Shown one piece after another: positions 21,428 through 31,538 of a DNA stretch of 64,000 nucleotides. Made by a program: the position numbers and the translations under genes. Positions within the stretch are counted from its first letter, which is position 1, and each line of letters opens with the position of its first letter. Under the pieces are notes generated by a model, which searched no databases, was not told the origin of the DNA, and was given only the letters and a program-made list of their open reading frames with translations. Source of the stretch: an uncultured candidate division Zixibacteria bacterium (GTDB taxonomy: Bacteria; Zixibacteria; MSB-5A5; GN15; FEB-12); assembly GCA_963806185.1 (NCBI GenBank), contig CAWDXE010000007.1, positions 160,001 through 224,000 of the forward strand. Reading direction: 5' to 3'.

Positions 21428-21439
21428 GACGGCAGGGCA

Positions 21440-21465
21440 GGTTGACCCGTGCGAACGGGTCAACC
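21440..21465 (+). other. perfect 11-bp stem-loop with GCGA (GNRA) tetraloop between arcE and arcC
   Basis: GGTTGACCCGT-GCGA-ACGGGTCAACC; no T tract. Confidence 0.7.
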
Positions 21466-21487
21466 GCCAACGTTGACCTCGAGTATC

Positions 21488-22438
21488 ATGGGGAAAAGTA
21501 AAACAGCGGTCGTCGCCCTGGGCGGCAACGCGATCACCCTGCCGGGTCAGGAAGATACGATTGCCAACCAATTTGCCAACACGCGCAAATCGCTCGACGG
21601 GATCATCGAGCTGGCGCGTGACGGATATCGTTTGGTGGTGACTCACGGCAACGGTCCACAGGTGGGAAATGCCTTGCTGCGCATTGAGCTGGCGCGGGGC
21701 AAAGCCCCGGTGCTGCCGCTCGGCGTCTGTGTTGCCGACACCGAGGGAGGCATGGGGTACATGATCGAGCAATCGCTGCAGAACCGGTTTCGGGTGGAGG
21801 GGATTGACCGGTCGGTGGTGACGATCATCACGCAGATGGTGGTTGATCCGAACGATCCGGCGATTGCGAATCCGACCAAGTATATCGGCCAGTTTTACAC
21901 CGACGGCGAAGCGAAACTGTATTCGGAGACGCGGCAGTGGCAGATGAAACAGGATGCCGATCGCGGTTGGCGTCGCGTGGTGCCGTCACCGGTACCGCAG
22001 AAGGCGATTGAAGGTGACACGATTAAGACGCTGGTTGACGCGGGTGTCGTGGTGATCGCCGGCGGCGGTGGAGGTATTCCCGTGTATGTCGACCATCGCG
22101 GACTGCTGGAGGGGATTGACGCCGTCATCGACAAGGATTTGGCCTCGGCGGTGCTGGGTAACGAGATCGGCGCGGAGATACTCTGTATTCTTACGGGGGT
22201 CGAGAAGGTTGCGCTGAATTTCGGCAAGCCGGAGGAGCAGGAACTGGAAACGGTGAGACTGTCGGAGTTGCGGAAGTATGTGAGCGAGGGTCATTTTCCT
22301 CCGGGGTCGATGGGTCCAAAAATAAACGCCGCGATCAAGTTTCTGGAGGGTGGTGGCGAGATGGTCACCATCACGTCGTTCAAACACGCACGCAATGCGG
22401 TTGCCGGCCGGGCCGGAACGCGCATCGTGCCGGACTGA
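21488..22438 (+). CDS. arcC: carbamate kinase
   Basis: VVALGGNA, THGNGPQVG, NPTKYIG, WRRVVPSP, GGGGIPV, AVIDKD, GSMGPK. Confidence 0.96.
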   Translation: MGKSKTAVVALGGNAITLPGQEDTIANQFANTRKSLDGIIELARDGYRLVVTHGNGPQVGNALLRIELARGKAPVLPLGVCVADTEGGMGYMIEQSLQNRFRVEGIDRSVVTIITQMVVDPNDPAIANPTKYIGQFYTDGEAKLYSETRQWQMKQDADRGWRRVVPSPVPQKAIEGDTIKTLVDAGVVVIAGGGGGIPVYVDHRGLLEGIDAVIDKDLASAVLGNEIGAEILCILTGVEKVALNFGKPEEQELETVRLSELRKYVSEGHFPPGSMGPKINAAIKFLEGGGEMVTITSFKHARNAVAGRAGTRIVPD

Positions 22439-22441
22439 GGT

Positions 22442-23842
22442 ATGTGTACGTTGTCACAAGAGACGGTTGCCGCCATTCGCCGACGCGGGCGCATCTATGA
22501 AGTTGGCGGCGCCGTTCGCGATCGTCTGCTCAACGGGCAGGCGGCGGTGAAGGATCGCGATTACCTCGTGACCGGCATCCCGTATGAAGATCTCACCGAC
22601 ATATTAAAAACCCACGGCCGAGTCGACCTGGTGGGACGGAGTTTCGGCGTTATCAAGTTCACGCAGCACCGGCGTTCCGGGTCGTACACGTTTGATATTG
22701 CTTTGCCGCGGAAGGAACACTCGACGGGCATCGGTCACACCGATTTCGCGGTCGACTTCGATCCGAGTTTGTCGGTAGAGGACGATTTGATCCGCCGGGA
22801 TTTCACGGTCAACGCGATGGCGTATGAACTGGAGACTGAGCATCTGGTCGATCCGCTCGGCGGCCAGATCGATCTGCAGAAACGGCAGTTGCGGATGACG
22901 TCGGCGTCGTCCTTTGAAGAGGACCCGCTGCGGATGTTGCGGGCGGTACAATTCGCAGCCCGATTCGAATTTCTGATCGAGCCGGATACGTTTGCGGCCA
23001 TGCGCAAATTTGCGCCGCTCATTGCGACGGTCTCGGCAGAACGGGTGAACGAGGAATTGAATAAGTTGTTGCTTTCGGCCAAGGAACCGTCGCACGGATT
23101 CCGGCTGATGGAAACGTCGGGTCTATTGCGGCAGGTGCTGCCGGAGCTGCAAGCGTGTGTGGGCGTGACCCAACCGGGGCCGTACCACAAGTATGACGTG
23201 TTTGAACACACGATGCATGTTGTCGATGCCGCGAAGCCGAGTTTGCGGCTGCGGCTGGCCTGCCTGTTCCATGATATTCGCAAGCCGCAGTCACGCCGAG
23301 TCATCGACGACGGCAAGGCGGCCACGTTCTACGGTCACGAGGTGATCGGTGCGCGGGCGGCACAGGAGGTGATGGTACGGCTGCGGTATCCGAGGGAACT
23401 CACGCAGGAGGTCTGCACGCTGGTCGAGCGGCACATGTTCACCACCGACGTCACTGACAAGGGGCTGCGCCGCTTGGTGAAGCGAGTGGGCGTGCCGCTG
23501 ATTTTCGACCTGCTCGATCTGCGCCGGGCCGACGTGATCGGACAGGGGATGAGTGGACGCACGGACGACGTGGACCGGTTCGAGAATGAAATCAAGGACG
23601 AACTGGCGAAGCGACCACCGTTCGGCTACGGCGACCTGGCGCTCAAGGGTAACGATATCATGCAGATGTTCAGCCTGACGCCCAGTCCGCTGGTCGGGAA
23701 GATACTTGAGTATCTGCTCGAGCGGGCGCTGGACGATCCGAACGATAACACCCGCGAGAAGATGGAAGCACACGCGCGCGACGCCTATGCGCAATTCAGG
23801 GAATCAATGATTGATCATAGAACCAAGGAACCAAAAGAATGA
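22442..23842 (+). CDS. cca: CCA-adding tRNA nucleotidyltransferase with HD domain
   Basis: VGGAVRD, DRD, DLIRRDFTVNAMA, EDPLRMLR, LFHDIRKP. Confidence 0.88.
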   Translation: MCTLSQETVAAIRRRGRIYEVGGAVRDRLLNGQAAVKDRDYLVTGIPYEDLTDILKTHGRVDLVGRSFGVIKFTQHRRSGSYTFDIALPRKEHSTGIGHTDFAVDFDPSLSVEDDLIRRDFTVNAMAYELETEHLVDPLGGQIDLQKRQLRMTSASSFEEDPLRMLRAVQFAARFEFLIEPDTFAAMRKFAPLIATVSAERVNEELNKLLLSAKEPSHGFRLMETSGLLRQVLPELQACVGVTQPGPYHKYDVFEHTMHVVDAAKPSLRLRLACLFHDIRKPQSRRVIDDGKAATFYGHEVIGARAAQEVMVRLRYPRELTQEVCTLVERHMFTTDVTDKGLRRLVKRVGVPLIFDLLDLRRADVIGQGMSGRTDDVDRFENEIKDELAKRPPFGYGDLALKGNDIMQMFSLTPSPLVGKILEYLLERALDDPNDNTREKMEAHARDAYAQFRESMIDHRTKEPKE

Positions 23843-24978
23843 AAGTTCACGAATATCAGGCGAAGGAGCTGTTCGGTCGGGCTGGTATCCCGATTCCACA
23901 GGGAGACGTGGCCACCAATGCCGCGGAGGCGCGCGAGATCGCCATCCGATTTGCCAAGCCGGTGATGGTGAAGTCACAGGTGCACGTCGGTGGTCGCGGC
24001 AAAGCGGGTGGCATCAAGTATGCCGAAAACGCCGAAGCGGCTCAGGTGCTTGCCCAGAAGATCATCGGCATGGAGATCAAGGGGCTGATAGTCAAGAAAG
24101 TGCTGGTGACGGTGGCCGAGGATATTTTGTCCGAAGCGTACGTCGGCATCATTCTCGATCGGGCCACCAAGAAACCGGTGATCATTGTTTCGCCCGCCGG
24201 TGGTATCGATATCGAAGAAGTGGCGGCCAAGACGCCGAACAAGATTTTCAAGCTGTATGTCGACCCGGTCGTGGGTCTGAAGTCGTTCCAGGCGCGCAAT
24301 CTGGCGTATAAGCTGTATCGCGACATCAACCAGGTCCGTCAGGCGGCTGACATTATCATGAAGCTGTACGACCTGTTCTGGCAGTGTGACGCGTCATTGA
24401 TTGAGATCAACCCGCTGGTGACGACGCCGGGTGGGAGGATCATTGCGCTGGATGCGAAGCTGAATATCGACGACAACGCGCTGTTCCGGCAAGCGGAGAT
24501 TGCGGCGATGCGCGATCTGGACGCCGAGGATCCGGCTGAGGTGAAAGCACGCGAAGCCGACCTTTCGTTCGTGAAGCTGGACGGCAGTATCGGGTGTATC
24601 GTCAATGGCGCCGGTCTGGCTATGGCGACGATGGACCTGGTGAAGCGGTACGGCGGCGAGCCGGCCAACTTTCTCGATATCGGCGGTTCGTCGAACCCGC
24701 AGAAAGTGGTAACGGCGCTGCAGATTATACTCTCGGATCCGAACGTAAAGTCCGTGCTAATCAATATTTTCGGCGGCATCACGCGGTGCGACGATGTCGC
24801 GACGGGTATTGTCACGGCGATCGATCAGCTCAAGCCGAAAGTGCCGATTGTGGTTCGGTTGACCGGCACCAACGAAAGAGAAGCCCAGAAGATCCTGGCA
24901 GGCGTGAAGCTCCCGTCGGCGGACACGCTTGACAACGTCGTAAAGAAGGCGATTGAACTGGCGCAGGCTGAGGCGTAG
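23839..24978 (+). CDS. sucC: succinyl-CoA synthetase beta subunit
   Basis: [45 protein letters not shown]. Confidence 0.97.
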   Translation: MKVHEYQAKELFGRAGIPIPQGDVATNAAEAREIAIRFAKPVMVKSQVHVGGRGKAGGIKYAENAEAAQVLAQKIIGMEIKGLIVKKVLVTVAEDILSEAYVGIILDRATKKPVIIVSPAGGIDIEEVAAKTPNKIFKLYVDPVVGLKSFQARNLAYKLYRDINQVRQAADIIMKLYDLFWQCDASLIEINPLVTTPGGRIIALDAKLNIDDNALFRQAEIAAMRDLDAEDPAEVKAREADLSFVKLDGSIGCIVNGAGLAMATMDLVKRYGGEPANFLDIGGSSNPQKVVTALQIILSDPNVKSVLINIFGGITRCDDVATGIVTAIDQLKPKVPIVVRLTGTNEREAQKILAGVKLPSADTLDNVVKKAIELAQAEA

Positions 24979-24991
24979 GAAAGGGGCGGAT

Positions 24992-25984
24992 ATGGCAATA
25001 TTCATCGACAAGAAGACAAAACTTCTGGTGCAGGGCATCACCGGTCGGGACGGCGGATTTCATGCGGACCAGATGAAAAAATACGGTACGACAGTAGTTG
25101 GCGGCGTGACGCCCGGCAAGGGCGGATCGAAAGTCCATGGCATTCCGGTGTTCAACACGATGGAAGAAGCGGTGGCGGAGACCGGCGCGAATACGTCGGT
25201 AATCTACGTGCCACCGGCGTTCGCAGTGGACGCGATCTACGAAGCGGTCGATGCCGGCATCAAGTTGGTCGTCTGCATCACCGAAGGCGTGCCCGCGAAC
25301 GATATGATGAAGGTATATCCGTACGTCAGAGCGAAGGGCGCCCGCCTTATCGGACCGAACTGTCCCGGACTGATCTCACCGGAACTCTGCAAGGTCGGAA
25401 TCCTGCCGGGGATGATCGTGAAGAAGGGGCATGTCGGCGTGGTTTCCCGCTCCGGCACGTTGACATACGAAGCGATCTGGGCGCTTACGCTGGCCGGCAT
25501 GGGTCAATCGACCTGTATCGGCATCGGCGGCGATCAGGTTATCGGCACGAATTTTATCGACTGTCTCGAGGCATTTCAGGCTGATCCGCAAACCAACGCG
25601 ATTGTCATGATCGGCGAAATCGGCGGTTCGGACGAAGAAGTGGCCGCTGAGTATATCAAGAAGCATGTGACCAAACCGGTGGTATCGTTTATCGCCGGTC
25701 AGACGGCTCCACCCGGAAAGCGGATGGGGCATGCAGGGGCAATCATTTCAGGTGGTTCTGGTACCGCCGAAGGGAAGCTCAGGGCGCTGACTGCGGCCGG
25801 CATACCGGTCGCCGGATCGCCGACCGAGATTCCGCGGCTCATCGTGGAACAGTTCAAAAAGAAGTCGGCAAAAGCCAAGCCGGCAAAACCCAAAGCGGCC
25901 AAAGTGAAGCCGACCGCAAAGGCGAAGGCCAAACCGTCAACGGCGACCAAGAAGGCGGTGAAGCCCGCCAAAAAGAGAAAGTAA
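24992..25984 (+). CDS. sucD: succinyl-CoA synthetase alpha subunit with Lys/Ala-rich C-terminal tail
   Basis: [27 protein letters not shown] (phospho-His). Confidence 0.97.
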   Translation: MAIFIDKKTKLLVQGITGRDGGFHADQMKKYGTTVVGGVTPGKGGSKVHGIPVFNTMEEAVAETGANTSVIYVPPAFAVDAIYEAVDAGIKLVVCITEGVPANDMMKVYPYVRAKGARLIGPNCPGLISPELCKVGILPGMIVKKGHVGVVSRSGTLTYEAIWALTLAGMGQSTCIGIGGDQVIGTNFIDCLEAFQADPQTNAIVMIGEIGGSDEEVAAEYIKKHVTKPVVSFIAGQTAPPGKRMGHAGAIISGGSGTAEGKLRALTAAGIPVAGSPTEIPRLIVEQFKKKSAKAKPAKPKAAKVKPTAKAKAKPSTATKKAVKPAKKRK

Positions 25985-26036
25985 TGAATGCCGGGACAAC
26001 CGGGCAGGATATTCGATACCGGGCCGAGGAGAATGT

Positions 26037-26300
26037 ATGAGTGAAACAGCCAGGGCCGGCGATGCCGCAGCGACACCGTCGACCAAACAGAAGATCCAGT
26101 ATTCGAAAGACAATTTGCCGCTGGCGATCAATCTGAGCTGGTGCAAGGCGTGCAATCTGTGCATCGCGTTGTGTCCGACCCAGGTGTTTGAGCCCGACCG
26201 CGACGGCAAGCCGATCCAGGCCCGGCCGGAAGCATGCACGCAGTGTACGATTTGCTGGGTGCATTGTCCCGACTTCGCCATAACCTCGAGATTCAAGTAG
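26037..26300 (+). CDS. korD: 2-oxoacid:ferredoxin oxidoreductase delta subunit (2x4Fe-4S)
   Basis: CKACNLCIALCP and CTQCTICWVHCPDFAI. Confidence 0.88.
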   Translation: MSETARAGDAAATPSTKQKIQYSKDNLPLAINLSWCKACNLCIALCPTQVFEPDRDGKPIQARPEACTQCTICWVHCPDFAITSRFK

Positions 26301-26311
26301 GAAACCCTGCA

Positions 26312-27449
26312 ATGGCACAAAAAGTACGACGTCTGATGCAGGGGAATATCGCGTGTGTGCAGGGCGCTTTGTACGCCGGCATGCGCTTTTTCGCCGGATA
26401 CCCGATCACGCCCTCGACCGAGGTGGCTGAGGGGAGCGCGCGCGAACTGCCCAAGATCGGCGGTCGCTTCATCCAGATGGAAGACGAGATCGCTTCGATC
26501 GCGGCAGTGGTCGGCGCTTCCGTTTCCGGATTGAAGTCGATGACCGCGACCTCCGGGCCGGGATATTCCCTGATGCTTGAAAATATCGGTTATGCCTACA
26601 TGACCGAGACGCCCTGCGTGGTTGTCAACGTTCAGCGCGGCGGGCCGTCGACCGGCCTGCCGACCAAAGTGTCGCAGTCCGACACGATGCAGGCCCGCTG
26701 GGGCACGCACGGCGACTATACTGCCATCGCGGTGGCGCCGTCGACTGTCGGCGACACGGTCACCGAGACTATTCGCGCTTTCAATCTGGCCGAGCGATTC
26801 CGAACGCCGGTGACGATTCTGCTTGATGAAGTGATCGGGCATATGCGGGAGTTGATTACGCTACCGGAACCGGGTGAGTGTCCGAGTGTTCGATCGGGTG
26901 AAGCCGACGGCTCCGCCGGACAGATTCGTCCCGTTTGAATTCACGCCGAATTACGTGTCGCCGATGCCGGCGTACGGCGAAGGATACCGGTACAACGTGA
27001 CCGGCCTGACGCACGATCCAATGGGCTTCACAACGAATCGGGCGGACGAGATTTTTCCGAAGCTGGATAAGCTCAAAAGGAAGATTGAACTCTACACCGA
27101 CGAAATCGTCAAGCTTCGCGTCGAACATATGGACGATGCTGAGATAGCTTTTATCAGCTACGGTACCGTCTCCCGCGCCGCCCTGCAGGCGACCTCACTG
27201 GCACGTCAGGCGGGCGTCAAAGTCGGGACCATTCAGCTCTACACGATCTGGCCGTTCCCGGATAAGCAGTTGATCGAGCTGTGCTCGCGCTGCCGGGCGG
27301 TCATCGTTGGCGAGCTGAATATGGGGCAGATCGTGACCGAAGTGCAGCGGGTCCTGCCGCGAGAGATCAGGATTCACCAGATAAATCGATACGACGGTGA
27401 AATACTCACGCCGATGCAACTGCTGGAGAAGCTGGAGGAGGTGCTCTGA
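26312..27449 (+). CDS. korA: 2-oxoglutarate:ferredoxin oxidoreductase alpha subunit (+1 frameshift near 26879)
   Basis: AGYPITPSTE, QMEDEIA, TATSGPG, QRGGPSTGLPT; VTGLTHD and ELNMGQ in the shifted frame. Confidence 0.92.
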
Positions 27450-28298
27450 TGGCTACTGTAGAAAAACAGAAATCTGACGTGATGCTGCAGTACCTGCGGC
27501 CGAAGAAGAAATTCCCGTCCGTCTGGTGTCCGGGGTGTGGGAACGGGATCGTGCAGGGTGCACTTATCCGGGCGATCGACAAACTGGGGTTGTCACCGCG
27601 ACAACGTCGCGCTGGTGTCCGGTATCGGCTGTTCGAGTCGCTTGCCGGTCTATCTTGATTTCAATTCGCTGCACACGACGCACGGTCGGGCGCTGGCCTT
27701 TGCCACCGGTGTGAAGTTCGCTCAGCCGCACATGAAAGTGATCGTCATCACCGGTGACGGCGACGCCCTGGCGATCGGCGGCAATCATTTCATTCATGCC
27801 TGCCGTCGGAATATTGATATCACAACGATTCTGATCAACAACTTCATCTATGGTATGACCGGCGGGCAGGGATCACCGACCACGCCGGCCGGGGCGAATT
27901 CGACGACCACGCCGTACGGTAATGTTGAGAAGCAGTTCAACCCGTGTGGACTGGCACAGGCGGCGGGAGCGTCGTTTGTCGGACGTACAACGGTGTTTCA
28001 CACTCCGCAGATGGAGAAGATGATCATGGCGGCGATCGAGCACAAAGGGTTCTCGCTTGTCGAGGTGATTGCCAATTGCCACACCTATTTCGGTCGTTTG
28101 AACAAGCAGGGTGACGCGGTGGCAATGATCAACCAGTTCAAGGAGAACGCGGTGCTCTCCGGCAAAGCCGCGACCATGCCGCCCGATGAATTGAAGGGGA
28201 AGTGGGTCATTGGGACTCTCCATCAGGACAAGCAGATCACCGAATTCTGTGATGAGTATCAGAAGACGGTCGATGCCCAGATGGGAGGGAAGAAGTAA
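27449..28298 (+). CDS. korB: 2-oxoglutarate:ferredoxin oxidoreductase beta subunit (+1 frameshift near 27593)
   Basis: WCPGCGNG; SGIGCS, HTTHGRAL, GDGD, NNFIYGMTGGQ (TPP-binding). Confidence 0.92.
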
Positions 28299-28870
28299 TG
28301 GCCAAATTCCTCGACAGAGTGAAGGTGCCCGCGGATCGTTTTGAAATTCGTCTTTCGGGCTCCGGTGGTCAGGGGATGATTCTGGCCGCCGTGATTTTCG
28401 GCGAGGCGATCGGACGCGGGTCGGAGAAGAACGTCGTGCAGAGCCAGTCGTACGGTCCGGAAGCGCGCGGCGGGGCGTCGAAGGCGGACGTGGTCGTCTC
28501 GACCGACGAGATTTACTACCCCAAGGCGATGCAACTCGACCTGCTTCTGGCCATGACCCAGGAGGCGCTCGACAGTTACTTCTCGTATCTGAAGCCGAAC
28601 GGGATTCTGATCATCGACGACGTCTTGGTAACGAATATCCCGACGGATAACTACTACGGCCTGCCGTTTACGCGGTTGGCGCGTGAAGAGGCGGGCCATG
28701 TCATGGTGGCGAATGTGATCGCGCTGGGAGCGATTGCCGCCCTGACGAACGTGGTGAGCAAGGAAGCGCTCACCGAGGCAGTCGTGGCGCGCGCGCCGCG
28801 CGGCACGGAAGATAAAAACCGGAAGGCGGTCGAGATCGGTTTCCGGGAAGCACTGAAGATCAAGAAGTAG
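28298..28870 (+). CDS. korC: 2-oxoacid:ferredoxin oxidoreductase gamma subunit
   Basis: SGSGGQG, QSYGPEARGGAS, NVIALG. Confidence 0.92.
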   Translation: MAKFLDRVKVPADRFEIRLSGSGGQGMILAAVIFGEAIGRGSEKNVVQSQSYGPEARGGASKADVVVSTDEIYYPKAMQLDLLLAMTQEALDSYFSYLKPNGILIIDDVLVTNIPTDNYYGLPFTRLAREEAGHVMVANVIALGAIAALTNVVSKEALTEAVVARAPRGTEDKNRKAVEIGFREALKIKK

Positions 28871-28886
28871 TTAATAGAGGAGTGGC

Positions 28887-29285
28887 ATGAGCAAATCTTT
28901 GCTGATCATAAAGCCGAATGCGGTAGCGAAGAACAAGATCGGACATGTGATTAATCGGCTGGAAGACGCCCGGTACAAGATTGTCGAGATGCAGTTGATG
29001 GAGCTGACCGAACAGCAGGCTCGCCAGTTTTATGCCGTGCACGAGGGGAAGCCGTTCTTGAACGACCTGGTCAAGTTCATGACGTCGGGTCCGGTGGTGC
29101 CGATGGCGGTGGAGAAGGAAAACGCTGTCGAGGATCTTCGCGCATTAGTCGGGGCAACCGACCCCAAGAAGGCGGCGTGCGGGACGATTCGTTTCGAAAT
29201 CGGCGATGATATCGAGAAGAATGCGGTGCATGCGTCCGATTCTGACGAGAACGCCGCGAAGGAGATTAAGTTCTTTTTCGGGTGA
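28887..29285 (+). CDS. ndk: nucleoside diphosphate kinase
   Basis: IIKPNA, FYAVHEGKPF, GATDP, GTIR, NAVHASDS. Confidence 0.97.
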   Translation: MSKSLLIIKPNAVAKNKIGHVINRLEDARYKIVEMQLMELTEQQARQFYAVHEGKPFLNDLVKFMTSGPVVPMAVEKENAVEDLRALVGATDPKKAACGTIRFEIGDDIEKNAVHASDSDENAAKEIKFFFG

Positions 29286-29330
29286 GAATGTGTGGGAACG
29301 AATAGCACATAGGATGAGAATGCCGAGTAC

Positions 29331-30561
29331 ATGAATGTAACATTGGCATATGGTCAGGGGAAACTGGAGATTCCAATACCGACCGCGGCGGTTGTCGATA
29401 CCTTCGCACCGACCGAATCCGGCCCGGAGATAACCTTTGCCGATTTTCAGTCTCGCCTCGCCGCGGCCAAAGCGGACGCGTTCTTCGCGGCCCATCGTCA
29501 CCCTCTGTTTCTCGTCAATGACGGGTACCGGCACACGCCGACAGCCCGCGTGCTCGAATGGCTCGACCAACTCTATCCCGATCTGATTGAACGATCCACG
29601 TATGGCATTGCGACCGGCGCCCACGAGGCACCGTCGGTCAAACATCTTCAGACAATCTTCGGCAGGTATCTTCCGCGCGTGGCGGATAACATCTGGCACC
29701 ATGACGCGCGCGACAAATCGTCGATGGTCGAAGTGGGCATCGATTCCTTTGGCGCGCCTGTCTATTTGAACAAACACTACTTCCAGGCCAAACAGGTGGT
29801 GGTTATCGGCTCGGTGGAGCCGCACTATTTCGCCGGATTTACCGGCGGGCGCAAGGCGCTCTGCCCGGGCATAGCCGACCTGGCCACGACCGAGCGCAAC
29901 CACAACATGGCCAATTCGCTGGAGTGCCGGCCGATGCGACTGGAGGGGAATCCGGTGGCGGAGCATCTTCAGGCCATGGTCGACCTCATTCGCACGGATC
30001 ACATCCTGTCCATACAGCTGGTAGCCGACTCGGGCGGCCGAGTGTCCGGCTTGCATTGCGGTTCACTGCGAGATTCGTTTCTCGAGGCGTGCACATCGTC
30101 GCGTGCGATGTTTGGTCGAACGATAGCCGATCGGTATGACATCGTTTTAGCCGAACTTCTGCCGCCGCTCGATCTGAACTTGTACCAGGCGCAGAAAGCG
30201 CTGGAGAATTGTCGGGAAGGAGTCAAGGACGGTGGGGGCGTGTGTCGTTGTGGCCGCCTGCGCGCAGGGAATCGGGTCGGAACACTATGCCAGGCTGGCC
30301 GAGAATTGGGACGAGGAGAAGAACGAGCCGAAGGACGGAGTGCACCGGTTTGGCTCGCACAAGCTGTCGCGCGTCAATGCGCTTTCACGCCGGATTGACG
30401 TACGTATCCATTCGACGATGGCTGAGGCCGACGTCCGCAAGGTGTTCTATACGCCGTGCCCGGATATCGGGACGTATATCGAAGAAAAGACTAAAGGAAA
30501 TAAATCATGCCGCATCGCGGTCGTGCACGACGCCGGCCATACGGTGCTGCAAATGGCATAA
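29331..30561 (+). CDS. LarA-family (nickel-pincer) racemase homolog (+1 frameshift near 30234-30238)
   Basis: NDGYRHTPT, IATGAHE, HHDA, GSVEPHYFAGFTGGRKALCPG, PLDLNLYQAQKAL. Confidence 0.85.
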
Positions 30562-30601
30562 TCAATGCTGAGTAATACAATACACTACTTAGGAGAGTTG
30601 T

Positions 30602-31528
30602 ATGAATAAGAAAATTGCCGTCATCGGCGCTGGTAATGTAGGCGCAAGCTGCGCCCTGTATCTCGCGGAAGCGAACTTCGCGGATGTCGTACTTGTCGAC
30701 GTCATCGAGGGTGTCCCGCAGGGCAAGGCGCTCGATCTGTCGCAGGCCGGCCCGGTGCGGCGCTACAATGCGATGGTCACCGGAACCAACGATTACAAAG
30801 ACATCGCTGGAGCGGATATTGTCGTTATGACCGCCGGTCTGGCTCGCAAGCCGGGAATGACCCGCGAGGATCTGCTGATCAAGAACGCCGAGATCGTCGG
30901 CATGGCGGCGGAGAACATCAAGAAGTACGCCCCCAATGCCTATGTGCTCGTGGTGTCCAATCCGCTCGATCTGATGACGTTCCACATGTTCAAGAAGACC
31001 GGCTTCGCGCAGAACAAGGTGTTCGGCCAGGCGGGCGTGCTGGATTCGATCCGGTTCCGCACGTTTGTCGCGATGGAACTGGGCGTGGCGATGACCGACA
31101 TCCAGGCGATGGTGCTCGGCGGCCACGGCGACACCATGGTACCGCTGCCGCGCTACACGACGGTGGCCGGTATTCCGATTGCCGAACTGATTTCGAACGA
31201 ACGGATCGACGCGATCTGTGCCCGCACCGCTGACGGTGGCGGCGAAATCGTGAGACTGCTCAAGACCGGTTCGGCGTTTTACGCTCCGGCGGCGGCATCG
31301 GTCGATATGGTCCGCGCGGTATTCAACGATGAAAAGCGTGTCCTGGCGGCGTCGGCCTGGCTGACCGGCCAGTACGGCATCAAGGATATCTACATCGGCG
31401 TGCCGGTGGTGTTGGGCGCCAAGGGCGTGGAGAAGATTCTCGAACTGAAACTCGACAAAGCCGAACTGGATGCGCTGCAGAAATCGGCCGCGACCTATAA
31501 AGAACATCTCAAGATCATGGGTTACTAA
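30602..31528 (+). CDS. mdh: malate dehydrogenase (LDH-like)
   Basis: IGAGNVG, GKALD, ARKPGMTREDLL, NPLD, GVLDSIRF, LGGHGD. Confidence 0.97.
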   Translation: MNKKIAVIGAGNVGASCALYLAEANFADVVLVDVIEGVPQGKALDLSQAGPVRRYNAMVTGTNDYKDIAGADIVVMTAGLARKPGMTREDLLIKNAEIVGMAAENIKKYAPNAYVLVVSNPLDLMTFHMFKKTGFAQNKVFGQAGVLDSIRFRTFVAMELGVAMTDIQAMVLGGHGDTMVPLPRYTTVAGIPIAELISNERIDAICARTADGGGEIVRLLKTGSAFYAPAAASVDMVRAVFNDEKRVLAASAWLTGQYGIKDIYIGVPVVLGAKGVEKILELKLDKAELDALQKSAATYKEHLKIMGY

Positions 31529-31538
31529 GGAACGGTGT

